DNA of 35,135 nucleotides, taken from assembly GCA_016618085.1 (NCBI GenBank), contig JABLTG010000188.1, forward strand, positions 1-35,135, written 5' to 3'. This document shows, one piece after another, positions 22,927-33,800 of the stretch (positions are counted from its first letter, which is position 1; each line of letters begins with the position of its first letter). The translations under genes and the position numbers were made by a program. The notes below the pieces were generated by a model. It worked only from the letters and a program-made list of their open reading frames with translations, was not told where the DNA came from and did not search any database. The DNA is from Neovahlkampfia damariscottae (Eukaryota).

Positions 22927-23175
22927 TCAGCGAAATATATTTGATATGGAATTTAATATCATTTTGAGAGATGTTGTAATTTTCACAATCACAAAGTGAT
23001 AACCATCCTCTATCTTTTCAATGGATCTGATAAATTGTGCATCAAGTACATTGTTTATCAACGTATTCTCAACACTCTCAACGTCAAACCGAAATTTTTT
23101 GCCTTCACCTCTTTTTGTTAGAGAGAGTTCATATTGATTTTTTAGAGCTCTAATATAATCCTCGTCTGTACTCAT
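22927..23175 (-). CDS. Hypothetical 82-aa ORF, possibly a frameshifted or decaying longer gene
   Basis: ATG is preceded by a CCAAT box (23193-23197). The ORF ends in TGA, unlike the reconstructed genes, and protein-like sequence continues in another frame to 22824. Confidence 0.35.
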   Translation of the reverse strand: MSTDEDYIRALKNQYELSLTKRGEGKKFRFDVESVENTLINNVLDAQFIRSIEKIEDGYHFVIVKITTSLKMILNSISNIFR

Positions 23176-23219
23176 TTTTTTTGTAATCTCTGATTGGAGC
23201 TTCCTTTTTAAATTTTTTC

Positions 23220-23714
23220 TTATTTTTTTTTGATGAATGATTCAAATTCTTTTAAGCCATCTTCTTGTTTGTATGTTTGAATTGAACCTTTTCTCATTTT
23301 TCTGAGTTTTGGAATAACATCTTCACAAGATTCACCTTTAGCAATTAAATAAGCAGCCAGCATTGTTCCAGTTCTTCCTTGTCCAGCATTACAATGAATA
23401 ACTACAGCTCCATCATGATTATCTACAAAATCAACCATTTCATTCATTTGTTCTCTACTAGGAGGATAATAGTCTTTTACTGGAAAATGAATGATTTTCA
23501 TACCATTTTCTTTGACTATTTTTTCATCTAATGGAGCTTCACTTAATGATACTATCGCTGTAATACCTTGTGCTTTCAAAACTATCAAATCATTTTTCAA
23601 ATTGGAAGGAGACATTCCAGGTTTATGACAACCAGCAAGTTTGTTTTTTATAATATATGAGAAATTTCTTAAAATATAATTATTTTTGTTAAATTCTTCT
23701 TCATCAATTTTCAT
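23220..23714 (-). CDS. Dual-specificity phosphatase, DUSP23-like
   Basis: NFSYIIKNKLAG, FPVKDYYPP acid loop, P-loop HCNAGQGRTG, and RKGSIQTYKQE. Confidence 0.88.
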   Translation of the reverse strand: MKIDEEEFNKNNYILRNFSYIIKNKLAGCHKPGMSPSNLKNDLIVLKAQGITAIVSLSEAPLDEKIVKENGMKIIHFPVKDYYPPSREQMNEMVDFVDNHDGAVVIHCNAGQGRTGTMLAAYLIAKGESCEDVIPKLRKMRKGSIQTYKQEDGLKEFESFIKKK

Positions 23715-23836
23715 CAAATTTTTGTTTGGCAATTTTTGTAATTTGCTGTTGATTGGTCAACAGATTCAAATTGATGGGCATCAAAAAATGTTGAATGAAA
23801 AAATTTATTTACAACAAGAGCATTAAATAATAACTT

Positions 23837-25191
23837 TTACTTTTTAATTTTTTTGATATCAATTTCTTGATCACTTGAATCATCATCACTGATAATTTCT
23901 CTTTTTCTTTTTCTGAAAGAATACTTGTGTGAAGTGACAGTTTTTTTTGGAATTGATAATTTAAAATCTTCATCATCCAAAGAATCATCTTCAGAATCAT
24001 AAGAATCATCATCACTTGAATTTTCAACATCTACTTTATCTTGAAGAAAAAATTCATCAAATTGTGCTCTCGAAAACCGACCTGAGTTTCTAGCAATGGA
24101 ACGAATGAGTGCATCAGATCTCGAAGGATTACATTTTTTCAGAATAAATTGAAGTATAAAAGATTTCTTTTCATCTGATTCTTCATTTTCAATCAATTTC
24201 ATAATACTTCCTTTTTGTTGATATGTTCTGAAGAAGTCTAAAATGACTTTGTATTTTGATTCAAAAGGAATGATACCAAGTACCAAATTTTTGATACTCA
24301 GATCAACAGGTACCAAATCATAATTCATTCCTCTGATGAAAAGAAATTAGTTTAAATGGTGATTACTTCTGGAAAAATAATTTTCTAATTTTTTTTTCTC
24401 GATTGTTCATGTCTGTGATATCATTTGTGATTTCTTTGATATTATTTCCAACAGCATGATTTTTGGTAATTGGTAATAACTTTTCTATTTCTGGATTCAA
24501 TTCATTTTCAGACAATACAACTGAAGTAGAAGTATTTGTGAACTCAAATGAATCAAATTTGGATTTATATTTGTGCCAAGAGTTTTTAGCAGTAGCTCCA
24601 TTTTCTTCAAGATACGCATGAATTTCATTCAAAGAATAAAATGTTCCATTTCCTCTTGTATAAGGAGTAAATTCTTTCAAAACTAAAAGTTAAAACACAT
24701 GAAAAAAAGAACCCTTTAAATCAAATTTGTACAACCGTTTCACTTTTCCTGATGAAAGTACATCATTCTTTCCACAATTTCGACAAAACATTAAACAATG
24801 TGGGTATGGATCATATTCATGTGTTTCCCTGTTGTATTTACGACTTCTATAGATATACCGATCACAGAATACACAATTCATCTCTTTGCATTGAATACAC
24901 ATTTTGAGAATTTCTTTCATTGATAAGTATTTCGAAAACTCTTTAACAAATTTGTCAAATTTTTTTTTTTGTTTACCATCGGGTTTGAATATATATTTTT
25001 CTGTGTTTTTGATTGTTTCAAAACAAGTTTCTAAATAGTCTTTTGATGAAAAAAAACTTTTTTTTTAATTTTTTTTTTTTTTTTTACTTGTTCCAGTCTT
25101 GACAAACAACTGAGTAATTGAAGGTTTCTTTAATTGGTAAGAACGAAAAAATCAAGTGAAAGTAATCATGGTTAAGTTCATTGAGCTCCAT
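23837..25191 (-). CDS. F-box protein with Cys-rich (putative Zn) domain and acidic/basic tail, 407 aa
   Basis: Introns 25057-25087, 24941-24976, 24683-24712 and 24333-24366 join four track ORFs and an 80-nt exon into one open frame. F-box LNELNHDYFHLIFSFL...VCQDW and CxxC pairs. Confidence 0.75.
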
Positions 25192-25307
25192 TTGTTTGAA
25201 TTGAATATTATTGGTCAAGAAAATCGTTGTAAAGTTTATAAAAAGTGGAAAATAAAAAATTGATGATTTGAAATATAATGATAAGTGAATTTTCTTTAAA
25301 GTCATAT

Positions 25308-25604
25308 TTAAGTGAATTCTTTGGATAAATTTTCTTGTATTTCTTTTTCAGTTGTATTTTGAACAGAAACTATTTTTTCTTTAGATTTCTCACCACGAAG
25401 TATGGAGATATCTGATTTTTTCACTTTTAAAATTGTAGATAAATAATCTTTCAATTCAGAGTTTGCTTTGCCATCTTTTGCAATGGCTTGAAGCCTAATG
25501 GTAATTTCTTCATTTGTCAAATTGTATATTTCTGTCTTTTTTGCATTTGGCTTCACCAGAATATTCAAAGTGATTGTTTGTTGAATCTTCTTCATCAAAT
25601 TCAT
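25308..25604 (-). CDS. UPF0235/DUF167 (YggU-like) protein
   Basis: ILVKPNAK, DGKANSELKDYLS and ILRGEKSKEK motifs. The likely start is 25604, not the track's 25784. Confidence 0.85.
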   Translation of the reverse strand: MNLMKKIQQTITLNILVKPNAKKTEIYNLTNEEITIRLQAIAKDGKANSELKDYLSTILKVKKSDISILRGEKSKEKIVSVQNTTEKEIQENLSKEFT

Positions 25605-25782
25605 TGTCCAATAAAAAAGCAATTTTTTCTTTTCAATATTTAAACATGAATTATTGATAAAATTTGAAAAAAAAAAAAAGAATCTTTTGCGCCAGAACCT
25701 TGTTGACCAACCAAATTTACAGAATTTTTTTACGCCAATCAAATAAAACCTCAAACCAGAAAGAAAAACCAGACTTTGAATC
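25605..25782. promoter_or_regulatory. Divergent promoter with CCAAT boxes
   Basis: CCAAT at 25608 and GCCAATCA (core 25735) between the DUF167 and CCT gene starts. Confidence 0.5.
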
Positions 25783-27674
25783 ATGTCTGAAACTATGAGC
25801 GAAATTATTCAACAAAAAGAAGATCACATTGATCAACAATTACAAACAAACGAAATCATCCAGCCAACAACAAAATTTGAACTTGAAGAAGAAATTGCTA
25901 CTAAAATGCTTTTAAGCCTCACCAATTCCCAAATATCATCTGAAGTTAAAGGTAAATTAACCAAAAAAGAAATTAAAAAATGACCTCAGAATTAGTTCAA
26001 AAAACATTGGAATCTTCAAACGGAAAAAGAAAAAGAAAAAAGAGACAGTTTTATGATGGAGCTGAAGAAGAAAATGAAAATGAAGAAATTAATGATTTTA
26101 CTTTAGAAACTATTTTTCAACCAAAAACAGTTCCAGAAAAGAAAGAAAAAGTAACATCAAAAACTCCAGAAAAAAGAGAATCATTTTTTATTGGTGATGA
26201 AAAACTGTACATTAAACCAGCTAGAAAAGAGAAAATTTTCTTTGAAACTGATTTTCCTTCAAAAATTCATTGTTCTCCTTACAAATATGACATTTTCATT
26301 CAAATTCCAACAAAAGACTATGGAGATAATGAAATCAGATTTATTTGTTTAGAGTCTAATTCAAAATCAATTATAACTATAAACCATAAAAGTAAGAAAA
26401 AATTTTTTTTTTTTTTTTTTTTAACACAGTTGATAGACAAAAAAGCAATTGAAGTTGAACGTCCAAAAGTTACTTGTATTGAAGATTTTGAACATTTAAG
26501 TGTTACACAATTGTCATTTCGAGTTCGTTTTACAATTTGCTCTTTTTTTCATCAAAGAAGTTCTTTCATGATGAAAATTATTTTGAAGAACAAGTTCACA
26601 GGCGAAGAAAAAGTTTTTTTTGAAAGTAAACCATTCAAAACATTTGCTAGAAAAAGTGGTGATGGATCTGATGATGAAACAGAATCTCAACAAAAAAAAA
26701 AAAAAAAAACTCCACCAAAACCAATAACAATGGAAGAACGATCAAAAACATTTTCATTCAGATCATCTCAGGGAGCAACACAAAAACCTGATACAATTCA
26801 ACAGAAACTTCAATTACAGAAAGAAGATGAAATTCAACTTGAATCAAATGAAAACATGAAAGATATGGATATCAGCAGAAAACCAACACCTCCAATCAAT
26901 CATGATTCAAATAATGTACTTTTAATGACACATTCAATGCCAAATCAACGATATTCCACTATTTCTCATCCAAAATGGAACATCAATGGAATTCCTTCAA
27001 ATCAAAATTTCAATGCAATTTCACATCCAATTCCAAAAAGAGTTTATCATTCATTTCATCCAAATGGTGTTTCAAAGGATATTGGAATGTCAACGAGAAT
27101 AGAACAGGAATTTAGAACAAATTCAATTATCAAACCTGAAGATCGAGGATATTCATATCTCAAATCTCAACAACTTTCTAATGGAACAAAAAATCAACAA
27201 AAGTTAAATTTTTTAAGACCAACTTATCCAGTAAAACTGAATCCAAAAATATTTCAAGGATTAAATCAATTTGAAATTCCAAAGATTGTTAATCCTCAAA
27301 TGGCTACAAAAATTTCAAAAGAAGAAATAACTCAAATCACAAAAACTGCACAACCAGTCAAAAAAATGGAAAAAAAAGTTGTAAAGAAAGTGGATGTTGA
27401 TCTTGATACAAAGAAAAATGTTGTTTACACTCCTGAAGAACGTAAGAGTGCAATTGAAAGATACAAATTAAAAAGATCAAAAAGAGATATTACTTCTACA
27501 TTAAAATATGCCACAAGAAAAGTAATTGCATCAACAAAAAAGAGATACAAAGGTAGATTCGTTCCAAAAGATTTTGTGGTTGAAGAAGATGAAGATGAGC
27601 AGGCCGAGGAGGATATTGAAGAAGAGGATGATATTGATGATTCAAATTATTCAAAAGAACATCTAAGAGTATAA
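25783..27674 (+). CDS. Putative transcription factor with C-terminal CCT motif and an upstream beta-rich domain, about 602 aa
   Basis: Introns 25952-25989 and 26392-26436. ERKSAIERYKLKRSKR...LKYATRKVIASTKKRYKGRFVPK matches the CCT consensus. NLS-like KRKRKKR. Confidence 0.75.
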
Positions 27675-27863
27675 AATTTTTGACTACAATTGTTCAACGT
27701 TGTTCTTTTTCCAAATATGGTGAATTTCTAATTAAGACAACTCCAGTTTGTAATTTTACATGGAATTCCAGAAAGTGTATATTTTCTTCGTGTCACTGTT
27801 TCTCTTTAAAAACATGTTTGTTTTGTCAAATTTCAAAAAAATTCTTGAATTTGAGAGGAAAAT

Positions 27864-28269
27864 TTATTTTTCTTCTCCATTTGAAGTTCCTGAGTGTTTT
27901 AACTTTTGAACTGAAACCAATTCTGATGGAAAACTGAGTTTATTCGGACAGTAATCAGATGCTTTTGAATCCAGTATATAACTTAAATCTAATTTTATAG
28001 TGTTGTCTTTTGTTTTGAGTTTTTTTTTTGGTGAATTGACTTTGAAATTATGGAAACCACTTCCATCTTCACAATCTTCATCTCTACGTTGAGTATGATA
28101 TGGCCACCTTCGTATTCCTGAAATAATGTGAGACGCAAAATTCCTTTTGCTTACCGAATTTTTTACACAGTCGAGACAGGTCAGACAAAGATATTCCTAG
28201 CAGCGAAGCAGCATAAGTTTTTGGGTACTTTGTATAAGACATCAAATCTCCTTCTGTTATATGCTCCAT
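27864..28269 (-). CDS. Small RWP-RK domain protein, about 122 aa
   Basis: Intron 28118-28154 joins ITEGDLMSYTKYPKTYAASLLGISLSDLSRLCKKF to GIRRWPYH. The start codon is uncertain. Confidence 0.75.
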
Positions 28270-28759
28270 GTCGTTGAGAAATTTTGCTTTTTGTTTGTCC
28301 AAAAATGTCAATGTCGCAGCTCAATTTATCCAACAAAATTATCCCAAATGTGGTAATTTTTTTAAATGATTGTTTGATTGGTGAAATTTCTTTTGACAAA
28401 TTTGGAAGTGTCTTTGCCGTTGTCGACAATGTCTGGAGTTTGAGAACCATTTTGAGTAGTATGAATACAATTCCTCTTATTTTTGAATCTTCCGGTGCAC
28501 AACAACTGTAAAAAGAATACTAACAAACCTCAGGCAAGTGTTTTTCATTGATTTCGTTGTTCAATGTCTATAAACATAGCGATTCAAGGTATCACAAGTT
28601 CTACCCTTCTAAAATGATGAAAAAAAAATTAAAATTGTTCAAAAAAAAAAGAAATACGTTTCTGGATGTCGAATTACCCGTTTTAGAAAGGATAATTTTT
28701 CACCAAACTAGGACTCGGTTTGATGTTTTGGAAAACCAATTTGAGAAAATTTCAACTCT

Positions 28760-30132
28760 TTATTTTTTTGAAATATCAAAAGTTTTTTTAAAATTATTCC
28801 ATGAATGTTCTTTATAATCTTCATCCAATGGTAATTTTTTCATTGAAAATTCTGTTGGGTTCATAAAGAAACAACTTTCAAACATGAACGCTAAATTATC
28901 ATAACTATATTTTTCAGGTACTAAATCATTTTCATCTTTGTTGATATAATTTTCATAAACTTTTGTTTCAGGTCCATGTCCAGTCATCACATTATGAAGT
29001 GAAGAACCACCTGGAACAAATCCTTTTTTTCCTTCATTCTTTCCACCTTTAGCATCATAAACTCCTGAAATTAAACCCATATATTCACACATAACATTTC
29101 TATGATAATACGGAGGTCTAAATGTTTTTTCAGCAACCATCCAACGAGGAGGAAAAATGACAAAATCTAAAACAGCTGTTCCTTGATCATTTGATTGACA
29201 TGTTAAAACTGTGAAGATTGATGGATCTGGATGATCATATGAAACAGTATTCATTGTGTTAAATTTATCCAAGTCATATTTAAAAGGTGCATAATTTCCA
29301 TGCCATCCAACAACATCAAATGGTGAATGATTCAATGAAGCACTGAAAAGTTTACCACAGAATTTATGAATTAATTCATAATTTTCTTCTTTATCTTCAT
29401 ACCAAGCAGTAGGTGTTTCAAAATCTTTTGGATTAGCAAGTCCATTTGCACCAATAGGACCTAAGTCTGGAATGACGAAATGACTGTTGAATATTTCTGA
29501 AATATAACCTCTACAACCTGATTCACAATTGATTTGAAATTTAATACCTCTTTGAATCACACAAATCTCTCTTGGTTTAACTTTCATTATTCCAAATTCT
29601 GTTACAATGGTTAATTCACCTGTTTGTGGTACAAATAATAAATCACCATCAGCATTGACCATAACTCTTTTATTCATTGATGTGTTTATGAAATATTGAT
29701 GAACAGCAATTCCTTCTTTTGAATTTGGACTTCCAGAACCACAAACTGTAAATGTTCCATCAATAAAATCTACTTTTTCTTTTGTTGGTATGTCACCTTC
29801 AAACCATCTTAATTGATCAGGTGTTGTGTATTCATCAGTTTGAAAAGTTCCAATCCAACCATTTTTTTTATAATCTTTGAATTTTCCATGTTTCGCTGTT
29901 GGATTGATTCTATACAGCCAACTATTTTTTTTTAATTTTTTTTTTTTTACCTTCTTAAATTTGTGCTTCTTGGTTTAGTGAAAGCAGTACCTGATAATTG
30001 TTCGGCAATTAATCCGTAAGGACATTTTAATGGATTATTTTGGGATTCTGGAACTGCTCCTTCAAGTACTTCAGAAACAAAGTGATTTCCAAATCCTTTT
30101 AAATATTTAAGTTTCTTATCTTCTTTGCTCAT
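28760..30132 (-). CDS. HGD: Homogentisate 1,2-dioxygenase, 447 aa
   Basis: Intron 29922-29950. [47 protein letters not shown] and [11 protein letters not shown]. Confidence 0.95.
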
Positions 30133-30868
30133 GACGAAAGTTATGTTTTTGGATAAACGTTTGTGATTGGTGCAAAAAAAGTCCAAATTTGAAGAATTGA
30201 AAAAAAATGGATTTTGTTAATAATGAGGCAGAAAACAATTCTGGTTTTCAAATGTGTGTGGAGGGAAGTTGTAATAAATACATTTATTTCCAAAAAGGGG
30301 GAAATTCAAAACCTGAAGTTTCTCTTCCGGCTTTGCTTTGAACAATTTAATAACTCCAATCTTATTGAAACCTTTGATTTATTTCTTTTATTTCTCAGGT
30401 ATATTTTCCATCATCTTCAAGGTAGCAATATGTTTTCCGTTGATTTTGATTCCAGTTCATAGTATTTACTACACGAACAAATTTAATACAATATACTTTA
30501 TTTTTTATTTTATTTTTAGAGGTGTTGGAGTTCCTTGAACCTCTTCCTTAGTAATTGCCATTGTAATTGCTGGTATTGTGAAAAAACAAAGAGAATAAAT
30601 TTTATTTTTTGGTTTGTTGTCAAAGAGGGATTATTTTCATTTTTTTTTTCAAGTCATAAGTTTTGATGTCTTCAATGCAACCATAAGGGTCACGTATATC
30701 TCAACTGAATCCTTTCAAACAACTTTATTAAACAGTTGTTTAAAAATTTTGGTTGAACCCAAACACTGATTGAAAAGAGTTTGAAAAAACAACCAATCAA
30801 ATTAATTTTTTTAATATGCTTAAACAAAAAAAGAAGAAAGTTATTTTGAAGAATGTTTTCGAAAATAT

Positions 30869-33800
30869 TTATTCCAAAGGAATCTTCACTGAAATTATTT
30901 GAGAATTTTCAATTTCAGTAACCTCCACTGCATCCTTTCTTTGTTTTTCTTTGTATCTATTCACACTAGAAATAAATGTGACATTCCCAGGATAATCACT
31001 CCTAATATTAAAACCATTTGGTGTTTTTATCAATGTTTTCTTCCTCAATTTTTCTTTTGTTGATTTTTCACTTTCCAATTTTCCAAGAACTTTTGTTGAT
31101 GCTTTTTTGCCTACTTTTCTAATCAACTTTCCTTTTTTGATAAATCTTCTAAAAGAAAACAAATTTGAAAGAATTTCATTCATCGATTTTGAATCATCTT
31201 CTTCATCTGATTTTTGATTGAAATGAACAGTGAATTGAAAATCATGTTCTGTTTCCCAAGGCACAAAGTCTTTGTTATCCATATGTTTTCCATGTAAATC
31301 ATCAATGATATTTGATAATTTTTCTTCATTTTCTAATTCTTTTCTGTGATCCATTTGTTTTCTCTTTTTTTGTTTTTTGGTTTTTTTTCTTCGGATATAA
31401 ATGTCAAACAAAAACATCATTACAACAACAATATTAGATCCAATAATGAAAACTATTGTTATTATTGGTAAAATGATTGCTAGTACTGACTTTAATCCTG
31501 GGTCAATAACAACTTCTGCTCTTGCATTATTTTCAATAACAAAAAGTAACAAACCAGCGAATAGAGTTACTAATGTTGACATTAAAACAAAATATTGCAT
31601 GACATTGTGAAATTTCTTTCTATAAGGAATGTAATTCACATGAAGTAACATTCCCGAAAAAATTACTGCCATTCCAATAGTAATAAGAAACATTGGTTTA
31701 AAAAATACAGTCAATAATGAAAAGGCTAACTTTCTGAATGAATCAAAAAGTTGCCAAAAAAAGAATTTTCTTTTGAATTTTTTCAAAGTGAATGCGTTAA
31801 TCAAAATAAATGTTTCTGATTTTTCTAATTTTTTGTATTTAATAATCAAGATGGTAAAATAAATAACTGCTCCCACACCAAATAATAAAATTGAAATTAA
31901 AGACATAGGTAAGAATAAAAACCATATTCCTTCAAAGCAATTGATATCAGGACTTTCTTTTAGTGTATAAACCCCATTTGGTTGATAATCACATCCAAAG
32001 ATTTCAAATGAAGTTGTTATAATTCTTAAATAGAAGAATACAATGAAAGATAAACATGCTCCTATTACTTTACTGAAAAGTCTTTTTAAATCTCTTTTGC
32101 TTGATTTTTGTCTTATTCCCCATACAATAAGATTTCTTGCCAAAACAAAATGATTGATTATCCAACGAATTTGTCTTTTTATGTATTGAATCAATGATGA
32201 TTTTTTCTTCACTTCATCATCTGAATCTTCATCACTTTCAAAAGGTTTTTGGTATTTTAATCTTAAACATTTTGAAATTTTAAATCCAATGATTGAAGCA
32301 AATATGGATCGAACAACAGCCAGAAAATAAAATCCAAAGATTGCAATGATAAATAAAAATGGTAATGAAATATTTGTGAAATATAGAAAATAGTAGTTGT
32401 ACGTCAATCCAATGACTCTAAAAAGACATTCTGGAGCTAAAAAATCAAAGTTAAAATTGGTTGATGATGCAACGGATAATGTGATGCCAACAGAAGCAGG
32501 CCAATTGATATCTAAAGTGTTGAAAGTTGAAATGATTTGCCAATAAGCAACAACAATGCTTATTGATGTCAATTGTGACATTTGAGTTGATGTAATATAA
32601 AGAAACAGTCCTGCAATAACTAAGATCAATCCAATGATAATCAGAAAAAGAACTAATGTTAATGAAGTCACAATTGCATCATTACATTTTTTGCAAACCA
32701 ATTTTGATTTATAGTATCCATCTTGGCATCTTCCGCATCTCAAACCGACATAACCTTGTGTACAATTATCAGGAGTATCTGGTAAACATCTTTCAACTGG
32801 ATAACATTGATAGAATATTGTGATATCTTGTTTACTAAACCACCATCCTTTTTGTGATTTTGGAAGAGTTACGTTTTCTGGATGACAAATTGCACCTTGT
32901 GGACAATCAATACAAACACCTGTTATTGGATGAATCATTGTATTATTAATACAAACGCATTGATTCACACTTGAAAGCCCAGTTGTACTACCAGGTGATT
33001 TCATTTTTGGTGGACAAGAAGAACAATTTGTTGATGCCAATTTATCTGTGTAAGTGTTCACAGGACAATTAGTACAAACTTCGATTGCTTGATTAACTTT
33101 AAATTGTCCCAAAGGACATGGTTCACATTTTTCTTGATATGATTCAGTCCCAAATCCTCGTTCACAAGGAATGAAAGTAAAGTTTGATGTCGTTGAATAC
33201 CAGTCAATTCTGTTGTAAGAGATATGAAAAGGGATAGATACATCAGCATTTGCAATCACTTTACATTGTGATGTTGTTGAATTTAGAATTCTACATGGCT
33301 CTTCAACATTGATCGTTCCAATTTTCATATAAATCTCTGTGAATCTTGCATCAAATAATCCAGTGATAATGACTGAATAATTTCCAGATGCATCACCAAA
33401 TGACGGAATAATTTGTTCAGGCATTGGATTTTGAGTCAAATAATAAATAAGTGTTTCTGATGAATCATTGAATCTGTTCTTCAAGTTCAAATATAATTCA
33501 TTGACAAAATCGTATTTTGATTCATAAATGAATGGGCATATGAGTATTTCATCATATTTGATTATTTCAATTGAATAATACAATGTTGAATTTATATCTT
33601 TAAATTCACAATGAGAAACCTCTTTTAAATTTGCACCTTGCATCGTGATATTGACTGTTTTTCTTTCACTAACTGAAGGTGAAATGGAAACTAAGTACAA
33701 ATTTGAAAATTTATCAGCAATCGTAATTGATCTTTTTTTGAAATCAATTCCATCATTCAAAGAAATTCCTAAAGTTGCAGTGATTGGAAAAGAAAAAGTA

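Noticed and set aside
25605..25784. 60-aa N-terminal extension of DUF167
   Set aside because: It runs through the poly-A-rich divergent promoter and has no family similarity.
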